64,000 bases of DNA, taken from a virus. The stretch is taken from positions 1 to 64,000 of the IMG/VR virus record IMGVR_UViG_3300046096_000928, one strand, 5' to 3'. Positions 10,441 through 19,815 of this stretch are shown here, piece after piece. Position 1 is the stretch's first letter. Each line of letters opens with the position of its first letter. The notes below the pieces were generated by a model. That model was not told the origin of the DNA. It did no database searches and saw only the letters and a program-made list of their open reading frames with translations. The position numbers and the translations under genes are program-made.

Positions 10441-10654
10441 GAAAGTCATATCCTATAGATATATCTCTATGCGTTGTCAATTAGGTGAAGCAGGAAGGAA
10501 ACAGCAAGCCTATACAACATCAAAAAATGACTACTGTATAGGTTTGCGTAGGTTTTTCAGAGCGAAAACTATAAATAATTAAATGAGCATAGAGAATTTA
10601 TGATCAAAATGTACTTAAAAAGTTACAATCAAATTACAACTATTTTTATTTTCT

Positions 10655-11527
10655 ATGAATCAAGTTTTTCATGCCGACTGTTTTGATATTTTAAAAACTA
10701 TTTCTGACAATTCAGTAGATGCTGTTATTACTGATCCACCTTATGGTTATCTCAAACACAAATTAGACTGTCTTTTCGATGCGCAATTACTCTTTACTGA
10801 ATGTTTCAGAGTGTTAAAAGATACAGGTTTTTTATTATTCTTTGGTCGTGGTTTTGAGTTTGCTAAATGGAATGTAATATGTAGTGAATTAGGTTTTGTG
10901 TTTAAAGAAGAATTAATCTGGTATAAAAAGAGAGCGAGTAGCCCGTATTCAATAGTTGGTAGAATCCACGAATCTATAAGTTTGTTGGCAAAGAAAAATA
11001 GTAAATTAAATAAAGTTTATGTGGATAAAATAGAATTTGATGAGGCTATGAATCCTAAAATAATTAATCAAGATTATAAAAGAATATTATCTGACATCCA
11101 TAAAATAAAATCGTCATAAGATTTTATTTTATGGTCAAATGAATTAACTGAACATAAAAATAAACACAGTATAACTACAGGTGAAACTAAGAAAGATTAT
11201 GCTCGTAGTTATTCTACTTATAAAGCACATCAAAAAGGGGTTGGTTTAAGAAGTATAGTCCCGATGCAAACAGAGCATTATCACTTCCAACACCCTACAC
11301 AAAAACCCGTTAAACTCTTTAAGCAATTAATTGAATTAACCACAAAAGAAGATGATTTAGTAATTGATCCTTTCGCTGGAAGTGGTACAACGGCGATCGC
11401 CTGTTTAGAATTGAATCGCAATTATATCTGTATAGAAAAGGATCAGGAATATTTTGAAGTGATAGAAAATAGGATTACTAAATGGCATGAAGATAATAAA
11501 CAAAAAGACTTGTTTACGTGTAATTAA
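10655..11527 (+). pseudogene. DNA methyltransferase, paralog of 1960-2829, with a single in-frame TAA at 11117-11119
   Basis: The two track ORFs are in the same frame; the paralog reads IKSYEDF where this reads IKSS*DF. Confidence 0.88.
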
Positions 11528-11560
11528 TTTTAAGTAAAACTGTAATTTAATAGTTAAAAA

Positions 11561-11680
11561 TGTTACAATAAACAAAGGTATGATGAAACGAGAAAAGCAA
11601 CTCACAATCTTACCAATTATGAATTGCCTATATATCATCTCGTTCCCCTAAAGGAATTTAAACAAGTAGGAGATAAACTT
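11561..11680 (+). ncRNA. Structured antirepressor leader, copy 2
   Basis: AACGAGA/TCTCGTT, GCAA/TTGC, CCTA/TAGG. Confidence 0.65.
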
Positions 11681-12433
11681 ATGGTAACAGATTTCAATTT
11701 AAGTTTGCAAGGTACGGTTTCACCATTCGATAGATTAAGACGTATTGATGAAAATGGTAAAGAATATTGGTCAGCTCGTGAGTTAATGCCGTTATTAGGT
11801 TATTCAAAATGGCAAAATTTCTTTTCTGCAATAGAGAATGCTATTGAGAATCTTGAAACCGTTACTGAGAATGTCGATAACCACTTTTTACTTCTAGAAG
11901 TAAAAAGTCTAGGACGACCATCTGTCGATTATAAATTAACAAGATTAGCTAGTTATCATGTAGCTATGGCTTGTGATTCACGAGGTAACGAACAAGTAAA
12001 AATGGCAAAACATTATTTTGTTGTCAAAACTCGTCAAGCTGAACTTCAACAAGCACCCGTACAACCTAAATTACCAAGTCGTGTAGTAGCACTTGAAACA
12101 GCAGAATGTATCAGTGGTATTTATAAACATATTGGTGAGGATAATCCACGATTAGCACAATTTTTAATTGACCATGCTATCAGTGATTTAATGCCAAGTA
12201 GTAATAATCTTTTAGTAGGGGAAGAATTAAAAGGAGTTGTTGAGATTGCAGAAGAAATGGGTTTGCCAGTCAACATTAAAAATCGTAGTCAACTCGGTAA
12301 ATTTGTTAAAAGTTCATGCGGACATTTAGCAATTCAAGAAAAACGATTAGTTAATGGACGTATGCAACCAGTCGCTTGTTATCCATGCTACAGTGAAGAA
12401 GTTAAAGAAGCTATACAACAATTCTTTGCTTAA
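11681..12433 (+). CDS. Bro/DinD-like antirepressor; probable start is ATG 11681 after AGGAG
   Basis: EYWSARELMPLLGYSKWQNF...DYKLTR; C-terminal domain shared with 49560-50285. Confidence 0.78.
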   Translation: MVTDFNLSLQGTVSPFDRLRRIDENGKEYWSARELMPLLGYSKWQNFFSAIENAIENLETVTENVDNHFLLLEVKSLGRPSVDYKLTRLASYHVAMACDSRGNEQVKMAKHYFVVKTRQAELQQAPVQPKLPSRVVALETAECISGIYKHIGEDNPRLAQFLIDHAISDLMPSSNNLLVGEELKGVVEIAEEMGLPVNIKNRSQLGKFVKSSCGHLAIQEKRLVNGRMQPVACYPCYSEEVKEAIQQFFA

Positions 12434-12445
12434 CTGCTAAATTAA

Positions 12446-12493
12446 ATACAATAAAAAATCTCTATAAAGTATTATAGAGATTTTTTATTGTAT
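12446..12493. terminator. Long inverted repeat (22-bp arms), bidirectional terminator-like
   Basis: atacaataaaaaatctctataa-agta-ttatagagattttttattgtat. Confidence 0.7.
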
Positions 12494-12588
12494 AGAGATA
12501 TATCTATAATATTTGTTTATATTTTGTATTTTTAGAAAAAATATGGTAAGAATTAGATAACAATGATAATGGAAATAAAAAAAGAGAA

Positions 12589-12903
12589 ATGACCAAAATG
12601 AGATTACTCACTATGCCTAAAAAAGATACAGGCAACGAAGATCGTTTTATGATACCCCTTGAATTGGCGAACTCTTTTCTCTGGAGTAAATCACGAGGAT
12701 TGAAGATAGAAAATAAAAGACTAGAGAAAAAATTATCAAGGGCAGAAGTCTCGAAAAGAATAAAAGAAAAACACCATATTAATGATTGTGGCAATAGTTA
12801 TGTTCGGAACGTAGAAAAAGGAATAGCTAAAAGCGTAAGAACTGATATTTTATTAGCTTTAATCGACCTTTTAGATATGGATATACAAGATTTTCTAATT
12901 TAA
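12589..12903 (+). CDS. XRE-family HTH regulator
   Basis: LSRAEVS...SYVRNVEKG...ILLALIDLL; paralog of 32175 and 47596. Confidence 0.72.
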   Translation: MTKMRLLTMPKKDTGNEDRFMIPLELANSFLWSKSRGLKIENKRLEKKLSRAEVSKRIKEKHHINDCGNSYVRNVEKGIAKSVRTDILLALIDLLDMDIQDFLI

Positions 12904-12915
12904 TTCTTTTTTTAC

Positions 12916-12990
12916 TTGACATTTGCATTTAGAGTGCAATATAATAATTAGTGTGAGTTGAAAAAACGATTCTATGTAGCACCTAGACAA
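12916..12990 (+). promoter_or_regulatory. Sigma70 promoter (TTGACA...TATAAT) followed by boxA-like GCACCTAGACAA
   Basis: Consensus hexamers; a parallel arrangement is at 47891-47957. Confidence 0.6.
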
Positions 12991-13012
12991 TTGCATAATA
13001 AAAAAAGAAGAG

Positions 13013-13480
13013 ATGCTTACAGTAGAATTAATAAATCAATTAAAAATTACTTTATCTGATTCTACTAAATCAGATAAAGTAATGATCGAGACTATGTTGA
13101 AAGTTCTAAATGAATTTAAAACAATAGAGATGGAAGTCAGAGAATTACAGAAATTAATAAGACGACTAATACAAACAAAACAAATAGATAAATACATTGA
13201 ATTAAATGGAAAAATTTACTGTTTAGAGACATTAGAAGAATTTGAATTAATTACTGCTGATAATGATGATTTAAAAAATATTGTAATAATCGAAAGAGAA
13301 ATAAATCAACATAATTTAGATTTAGAGATAATTATTGAAACGAGTGATCATACTTTTAATAGTTTATATGACAAAAGAAGAGAGTTATTGGAAAAACTTT
13401 TTTCAGATGTTAAAAATAAAGCGGTAAAGAATGATGAAGTTTTAATATTAAATGACAATATAATCTTCTTAGAAGATTGA
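13013..13480 (+). CDS. Hypothetical protein, paralog of the pseudogene at 47990
   Basis: Aligns by eye: YIELNGKIYCLE vs YIELDDWLYHIE. Confidence 0.65.
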   Translation: MLTVELINQLKITLSDSTKSDKVMIETMLKVLNEFKTIEMEVRELQKLIRRLIQTKQIDKYIELNGKIYCLETLEEFELITADNDDLKNIVIIEREINQHNLDLEIIIETSDHTFNSLYDKRRELLEKLFSDVKNKAVKNDEVLILNDNIIFLED

Positions 13481-13639
13481 GGAAAACATGTAAAACCGTC
13501 TTAAATATATTTAAGACGGTTTTACATACAAACATACAGAATTGAGAAAAATGAACTCTTTGAAAAGAATTGCATCGATTTATATCTTATCTAATTTTTT
13601 AAAATTTTGCAACTGTAATAATTATCAAACGGGGGAATA

Positions 13640-14392
13640 ATGGGTATAAAAATAATGGGGATGAATAAAACTGAAGTGATGGAGAGATTTCCAATCTTAA
13701 AACAATATCAAAAAGAAAATGATTTTGTGACGACAGCATATCGTGTATTAATCGATAAAATTATTGAAGGATTAAATATCGAGGATTGTAAGATATTAGC
13801 CAGAGAAAGATTAGATTTTAGTTTGCTCACTGCTTTATCTCTAGTTGAAGATTTTAAAAAAGGAGCATTAAAAGCAAATTATAGATTAGATGAAGCTATT
13901 CGAGTTTTAGATTATGCATTAAAAGAATTAAAGAAATTTTTTTATACTCCTAAAACCTATCACCGAATTTCAAGAAATCCAATGCTTATAGCAGACAGAA
14001 CAGGAGTTTCTAAAGTTATTTGGTTAATGACAAGATTTTATGTTTATCCTCATTTATGGACGCATTTAGTTAATGAGATAATTGAGGATAAAATAGTGTA
14101 TGTGATTTTTTATTATACCGAGCATGGATCAAATCGTTTTGTGCGAGTAAATTTGCATGACTATAAAATTTATAAGAAACAACTTTTAAACCTCAAAATC
14201 GTTAATGAGAACCAAGAAAAAGAGATTATTAATATTGTTAATAGTCATTTTGGGACTTTTAAAATTAGCTCTGTTTTTGCGACTGAAGAGATCGGCGATC
14301 GCTTGATAATTTATCCGACTCGTAACAGACAGGAAAAAGTAGAAATGAACTTATTTACTTTTGAAGATCAACAAAAAAGACGAGGAGAGTAA
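13640..14392 (+). CDS. Hypothetical phage protein
   Basis: 250-aa ORF in the run upstream of dnaG. Confidence 0.6.
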   Translation: MGIKIMGMNKTEVMERFPILKQYQKENDFVTTAYRVLIDKIIEGLNIEDCKILARERLDFSLLTALSLVEDFKKGALKANYRLDEAIRVLDYALKELKKFFYTPKTYHRISRNPMLIADRTGVSKVIWLMTRFYVYPHLWTHLVNEIIEDKIVYVIFYYTEHGSNRFVRVNLHDYKIYKKQLLNLKIVNENQEKEIINIVNSHFGTFKISSVFATEEIGDRLIIYPTRNRQEKVEMNLFTFEDQQKRRGE

Positions 14393-14395
14393 AAA

Positions 14396-14608
14396 ATGGA
14401 TTTTCAAAATCTCACTGAACAAAATAAAACAGATATTAAAGATGTTGTTAATGCTTATTGCGGAGTAAAAAGAGTTACTTCAGTCTATGGTGCAAATTTG
14501 AAAAACTCAACTTTAACTATTTATTTACATACAGATGAAAACAATTTTTTCGAAATGGATTACGGCGAGTTTAGAAGAACATTTAATGAATTAATATTAG
14601 GAGCATAG
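14396..14608 (+). CDS. Hypothetical protein
   Basis: SD AGGAG, tightly packed with neighbours. Confidence 0.6.
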   Translation: MDFQNLTEQNKTDIKDVVNAYCGVKRVTSVYGANLKNSTLTIYLHTDENNFFEMDYGEFRRTFNELILGA

Positions 14609-14611
14609 AAA

Positions 14612-14959
14612 ATGAACGCAACACAAACAATTACTGATTTATCAGTATGTACAAGAGAAGTACATCTTCTTGAGGTAAATAAACCTTATTTACAATTATC
14701 TGTGTATAGTATTTTGACTTATGCCGATGATTATGGTTATGAAGAATATAGCGAAATACTAGAAATAAAAGGATTAGACACTCCAGATATGACAGAATTT
14801 GGTTATGAAGAGGAATTAATCAAAAAAGAAGATTGCACTGAAGCCTTACAGCAAATATTAGAAGGCAAAGATTTGTATTATCATTTTAATACGGAAGTTT
14901 TCTTAGCTTTAATGAATGGAGAATTATTATTAGAGGATTATTACTTAAACGATTATTAA
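14612..14959 (+). CDS. Hypothetical acidic protein
   Basis: SD AGGAG; D/E-rich. Confidence 0.6.
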   Translation: MNATQTITDLSVCTREVHLLEVNKPYLQLSVYSILTYADDYGYEEYSEILEIKGLDTPDMTEFGYEEELIKKEDCTEALQQILEGKDLYYHFNTEVFLALMNGELLLEDYYLNDY

Positions 14960-15003
14960 CTATTAACAGACCCCTTTAGGCAACTAAAGGGGTTAAATTT
15001 ATT

Positions 15004-16335
15004 ATGATAAAGAATTTAGATGTTTTAAAAGGAAAAATTTCATTACTGGATTTAGTAAACGAGAATATAATAACTAAAAGAAATGGTACCAATCATGTAG
15101 GCTTATGTCCATTCCACAAAGAAAATACTCCTAGTTTTTCAGTTAATTCAGAACAAAATGTATTTTATTGTTTTGGTTGCCAAGAAGGTGGAGATGCTAT
15201 TCACTATTTTCAGCAGTTAAATAATTTAGATTTTTTAGAAGCGGTTACTCAATTAGCCGATAAATATGAAATAACTTTAGACAAGGATCAAACTGAAAAA
15301 CAAAAACAGTTTATCTCAAAACAAGAAAAGGCTTATAAATTAGTAAGTGAGGTTAATCGACAATTTCAATCCCAATTAAACCAAAATATTAAAGATTATT
15401 TAATTAAAAGAGGACTCAAAGAAAATACGATTAAAACTTTTGGCATAGGTTATGGAAGCTTAGTAAAGATTGAGGACAAAGAAATAGCTAGAGAATTAGG
15501 GATATTAAAAGGCGATAAATTTGTTTATCAAAATAGATTAATAGTTCCTATCCGAGATAAAAAAGGGTTGACAGTTGCTTTCAATGCGAGAACATTGACG
15601 AATCAAGAGCCTAAATATATTCATTCCCCAAATAGTTATTTATGGCAAAAAAAAGAGATTTTATTTGGATTATCAGAATCAATTCCATTGATAAAAAAAC
15701 AAGATAAAGTTTATATAGTAGAAGGTTGTTTTGATGTTTTCATGGCATGGCAAAATAATATTCCAGCTGTTGCTTGTTTAGGGTCAACAATTAGTAAAAA
15801 ACAGTTAACTGAACTACTTAAGTTAACTGATAATATTATATTTTGTTTAGACGAAGATAAAGCTGGACAACAAGCTATTTATAGATTAATAGAATCGGTA
15901 GAAACAGAAGTATTAGCGGGAGTATTTTATCCTAAGATTTTGATGTTATCAAATAAAGATATAGCTGATTATTTTTTAAAAAATGAGATTGGAGATTTTT
16001 TATTTTTAATACCTCTTGACTGGGTACAATGGCTGTTTGAATATTATAAAAAGACAGAAGAAAACCCTATTTACTCGGTAATAAAACTAATCTCTAAATT
16101 TAATTTACTAGGAGAAAAACAAAAATATATAAGATTAGCTAGTGAAGTATTACAAGGAGATCAAAGGTATTTAGAGAAAGAACTTTCAAGGGCATTGCTT
16201 ATGCCTTTAGTAAAGAAACCCAAAAAGATAATAATAGAATCTAAGCCAAAATTATCGCTTAGTGAAATGCAAGAAATTTTTAAACAAAGAAAAGAAAAAA
16301 GGGAATTATGTTTACAGAAAATGAAATCAGGTTAG
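15004..16335 (+). CDS. dnaG: DNA primase
   Basis: CHC2 finger CPFHKENTPSF...CFGC; KYIHSP; TOPRIM VEGCFDV, DEDKAG. Confidence 0.93.
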   Translation: MIKNLDVLKGKISLLDLVNENIITKRNGTNHVGLCPFHKENTPSFSVNSEQNVFYCFGCQEGGDAIHYFQQLNNLDFLEAVTQLADKYEITLDKDQTEKQKQFISKQEKAYKLVSEVNRQFQSQLNQNIKDYLIKRGLKENTIKTFGIGYGSLVKIEDKEIARELGILKGDKFVYQNRLIVPIRDKKGLTVAFNARTLTNQEPKYIHSPNSYLWQKKEILFGLSESIPLIKKQDKVYIVEGCFDVFMAWQNNIPAVACLGSTISKKQLTELLKLTDNIIFCLDEDKAGQQAIYRLIESVETEVLAGVFYPKILMLSNKDIADYFLKNEIGDFLFLIPLDWVQWLFEYYKKTEENPIYSVIKLISKFNLLGEKQKYIRLASEVLQGDQRYLEKELSRALLMPLVKKPKKIIIESKPKLSLSEMQEIFKQRKEKRELCLQKMKSG

Positions 16336-16760
16336 TCCTTGAAAAAACGATCTCACAAAAAAAACGATTAGAAGAAATCGATATTCACAAAAAAGAATTA
16401 GAATCTGAAAGAAAAAAACTAGAAGGACAGATGGGCTGGAATACTACAAAAATAATTCAATATTTAGAAGACAATAATCTTAAAAAAATTTTATTTGATA
16501 AATATAGTTTTTTAGTAAAGAAACTGCCTAGCCGTGTTAGTAAACTTTTGAAAAATATTGACGATTTTCCCGATAAATATAAAACTCCACAAAAGATTAA
16601 TAAAACTGCTCTTTTGATAGACTATCAAAGAAAAAAAGATTTAAAAGATTTAGTAGAAATTACGACTGGAAAGAAAATTTTTATAAAAGAAACAGAAAAT
16701 GCAACAGTTAATTATACCAAACAAAAAGGAATTAAGAGATTATCAAAAGAACGTAATTAA
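16308..16760 (+). CDS. Siphovirus Gp157-like protein
   Basis: N-terminal coiled coil then DDFPDKYK...INKTAL. Confidence 0.55.
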   Translation: MFTENEIRLVLEKTISQKKRLEEIDIHKKELESERKKLEGQMGWNTTKIIQYLEDNNLKKILFDKYSFLVKKLPSRVSKLLKNIDDFPDKYKTPQKINKTALLIDYQRKKDLKDLVEITTGKKIFIKETENATVNYTKQKGIKRLSKERN

Positions 16761-18339
16761 TGCGTATTTTGATAAAATAAATTTAGGTTATAAAAGTATT
16801 TTATTATTTGCTCCTACTGGTGCAGGTAAGACTTTAATAAGTGCCAATATTATTGCTGATTATTTAAAAGAAGGCAAAACTGTTTTATTTTTAGTGCATC
16901 GAATACCTCTTATTGAACAAACTTTAAATACTCTCTATGACTTATTAGGGGGTATTTTACGTATAACTATTTATCAAGGAGTAAACACTGTTATAAATAA
17001 CAATGCTCAAATAATGGTAGGCACTGTTCAAAGTGTAAAGGAAAATAAATTACCTGATCATGTTGATTTAGTAGTTTTTGATGAGGTTCATATGACTATT
17101 GGATTTAACCTTATCAGAACTATTCAGAAAAAATACCAACCAATTACAGCTTTAGCTAAAACCCATTTTTTAGGATTAACTGCGACACCTTATCGTGGCA
17201 AAAAAAAAGAAGGATTTTGCTGGTTATTTCAAGATATGGTTAAAGCTCCTCTCATGGCAGATTTAGTTAGATTAGGCTATTTGACCCCTTTCACTATGTA
17301 TGGCTATGGATTTATCGATGATTCTAAATTGAAGACCGTAGATGGTGAATTTACCGCTAAATCTGTAAGTATTTATTGCAATGAAAACTTAAATAATGAT
17401 GTAGTACAAAAATATTTAGATAAAGTAAAGGGGAAAAAATTTATTGCTTTTTGTTCATCAGTAAAACAAGCTCAACATTTATTAATAAGATTTCAAGAAA
17501 AAGGTATTGCTTCTGCTTTATGGGTAGGCGATACAAAATCTATGTCAAGAATTTCGATCCAACGGCAATTGAAAAGCGGTGAAATATTAGGTATCGTTTC
17601 AGTTAATTGTCTTAGTGAAGGGTTTGATGAACCTTCGGTAGAAGTTGCTTTAATTGCTACTATAACCCGTGTAGTTTCTAAATTTATTCAGATGACGGGC
17701 AGAGTTTTAAGATTATCCGAAGGAAAAACAGACGCTATATTATTTGATTTTGGCGATCATTATTCAAGATTCAAAAATGAAACACCGCTTGATATAGGTA
17801 CAGAAAATAGTAAATACCCTTTATCTTTATGCCCACCAATTAAAAAAAACATTGAAGGGGAAGCCTTAACTAAAAAATGTCCTGAGTGTGAAGCGATCAT
17901 TTATGCTATCTATAAAAAATGTCCTCATTGTGGTCATGTGTTTCCTCTAAAAGAAACTGAACATATAAAACCACCTAGTGAATTTAAGTTAATTTTATCA
18001 AAAGAAGAAAAACAACAAAGAAAATTTTTACATCAGAAAATACGAGCGATTTATTTATTGTTAGAAGATTATTATTTAACTAAACAAAAAAAAGAAAATA
18101 ATTTATTGAATCCTATTGAATTAAATCCCGTATTGGCAAAAAGGTTATTTAAAAGGAAATATGATTTTTTTCCTAAAAAAGAATGGTATCGCAATGCTAT
18201 TTTTAAAGAGGATAATCAAGAGAATAAAAGTAAATATGCCAAATACTTACTTTGGGCTTATCCTCAGTTTAAAGCAATTGATATTATTACTATCTTATCT
18301 TATGAATTCGGGGAGAAAAATGAACAAGACAGAGCTTGA
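16699..18339 (+). CDS. SF2 DEAD/DEAH helicase with zinc ribbon
   Basis: LRDYQ, APTGAGKT, DEVH, TATP, QMTGRVLR, CPEC...CPHC. Confidence 0.92.
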   Translation: MQQLIIPNKKELRDYQKNVINAYFDKINLGYKSILLFAPTGAGKTLISANIIADYLKEGKTVLFLVHRIPLIEQTLNTLYDLLGGILRITIYQGVNTVINNNAQIMVGTVQSVKENKLPDHVDLVVFDEVHMTIGFNLIRTIQKKYQPITALAKTHFLGLTATPYRGKKKEGFCWLFQDMVKAPLMADLVRLGYLTPFTMYGYGFIDDSKLKTVDGEFTAKSVSIYCNENLNNDVVQKYLDKVKGKKFIAFCSSVKQAQHLLIRFQEKGIASALWVGDTKSMSRISIQRQLKSGEILGIVSVNCLSEGFDEPSVEVALIATITRVVSKFIQMTGRVLRLSEGKTDAILFDFGDHYSRFKNETPLDIGTENSKYPLSLCPPIKKNIEGEALTKKCPECEAIIYAIYKKCPHCGHVFPLKETEHIKPPSEFKLILSKEEKQQRKFLHQKIRAIYLLLEDYYLTKQKKENNLLNPIELNPVLAKRLFKRKYDFFPKKEWYRNAIFKEDNQENKSKYAKYLLWAYPQFKAIDIITILSYEFGEKNEQDRA

Positions 18340-18613
18340 ACAAAAAATAAAAGACTTGATAGATGAGTATTTATTTTCTGAAACGGGGATATCCCATGAC
18401 GAATACGAAACTATATTAAATACCGAGATTAATACATCGAATTTCAATAGAATACAAACGAAACTTTATAAATGTGAAAAAACTCTTAAAGAAATATGCA
18501 AGTTATTAGATACCCTAGATTTTTCTTACTCAATAGACCAGGCTCATTATGAGAAATTGAGAGAAATAACAGCAATAAGAGATTACTCTAAATGTCATAA
18601 ATCTCATTCATAA
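18320..18613 (+). CDS. Hypothetical protein (start MNKTELE)
   Basis: SD GGAG and overlap with the helicase stop. Confidence 0.5.
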   Translation: MNKTELEQKIKDLIDEYLFSETGISHDEYETILNTEINTSNFNRIQTKLYKCEKTLKEICKLLDTLDFSYSIDQAHYEKLREITAIRDYSKCHKSHS

Positions 18614-18899
18614 AACTGGTATCAACTGGACAAGCATTAACATTAATAACTGGAAACGGGGTAAAATATATCTCATCCATAAAACTGGTATCAACTGGAC
18701 AAGCATTAACATTAATAACTGGAAACGGGGTAAAATATATCTCATCCATAAAACTGGTATCAACTGGACAAGCATTAACATTAATAACTGGAAACGGGGT
18801 AAAATATATCTCATCCATAAAACTGGTATCAACTGGACAAGCATTGATCCCAGTTGAATTATTAATTTGAGCTAAAACTCCTATAAAAAAATTAGGCAT
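18588..18899 (-). CDS. Small tail-operon protein built from a 23-aa repeat
   Basis: Abuts 18900-19814; repeat NACPVDTSFMDEIYFTPFPVINV. Confidence 0.5.
   Translation of the reverse strand: MPNFFIGVLAQINNSTGINACPVDTSFMDEIYFTPFPVINVNACPVDTSFMDEIYFTPFPVINVNACPVDTSFMDEIYFTPFPVINVNACPVDTSFMNEIYDI
18600..18846. repeat. Near-perfect 69-bp tandem repeat, ~3.5 copies
   Basis: aaaactggtatc recurs at 18612, 18681, 18750, 18819. Confidence 0.95.
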
Positions 18900-19814
18900 T
18901 TAAACACTCCAAACATTTACAAGTACAAAACGATTATTTAAATTATTCCAATTTCCCACACATAACCATTTATTGTTCCCAGCGAAAAGGTTAGTGTTGA
19001 ATTGATAAATACGACCGATGATCCAGCTTGTACCTATTCCTATTGCCATATTAGGGACTGTGCCAATCCTTGAATATTTACTACTTACTCCATTATTTCT
19101 TAATGTATTATCGAAAACGTGTAACTTTGTTGCCCATAAATCAGTTCCTGCGGTTTGTCCATCGTTACATGTAATACCATAAACTGCATCATTCGTTAAT
19201 AAAATAGGTTTATTACTTGTGTTTGTCTGCTCGACTCTATGTTGTCCAGAAGTTGCAGTGAGACTGTTTTTATGAAATAAAAGTAATTTATTTTTATAGA
19301 ATGAACTATAGTAAGGAGTTGCACTATTATTAGGGATTGTGGTATTGACATCTATTAATTCAGTTAGACACATAACTTTATAATCAGGAACAGTAAAAAT
19401 CGTTGTATTATGAGTTATTAATATTATCCCATTTTGATTGATTGTATAACTATGATTATTTGCGGCATTTTGAGAAATACTTATGATTGTGGCAGAACCA
19501 TTATCATCGAAATGAAAGGAGCCGTTTGCGAGATCAGCTACATTTATTCTGCTTCGTCCTACTAATGTAGTAATGGGGTCATTTGCTGTTTTCCAAGCAA
19601 TATTATTTGTTGAGTTCATTGCTGTTCCGTTTGTCCACGTTCCAGCAAAACTAGAAAATCGATAATTTAAGAATCCGAATACTGCAGTCAGATCAGTTTG
19701 TAATGTCCCTGCTGAATTGTTAATTATAAGATCAGAAGTATTATAACTATAATTTATTTGAGAGGAAAACTTCCCACAATAATAATTCCCGTTCCCGTCT
19801 GTATAATATGCCAT
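18900..19814 (-). CDS. Putative tail-associated structural protein
   Basis: N/T/S-rich; immediately downstream of the tail-tip gene. Confidence 0.55.
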   Translation of the reverse strand: MAYYTDGNGNYYCGKFSSQINYSYNTSDLIINNSAGTLQTDLTAVFGFLNYRFSSFAGTWTNGTAMNSTNNIAWKTANDPITTLVGRSRINVADLANGSFHFDDNGSATIISISQNAANNHSYTINQNGIILITHNTTIFTVPDYKVMCLTELIDVNTTIPNNSATPYYSSFYKNKLLLFHKNSLTATSGQHRVEQTNTSNKPILLTNDAVYGITCNDGQTAGTDLWATKLHVFDNTLRNNGVSSKYSRIGTVPNMAIGIGTSWIIGRIYQFNTNLFAGNNKWLCVGNWNNLNNRFVLVNVWSV

Positions 19815-19815
19815 A

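Noticed and set aside
10301-10582. ORFs 10301-10582, 34009-34206 and 52633-52845 as proteins
   Set aside because: They are TTG-start readings of the dispersed repeat with unconserved 3' ends.
18600-18846. CRISPR array
   Set aside because: Units are fully identical with no unique spacers, and no cas genes are present.
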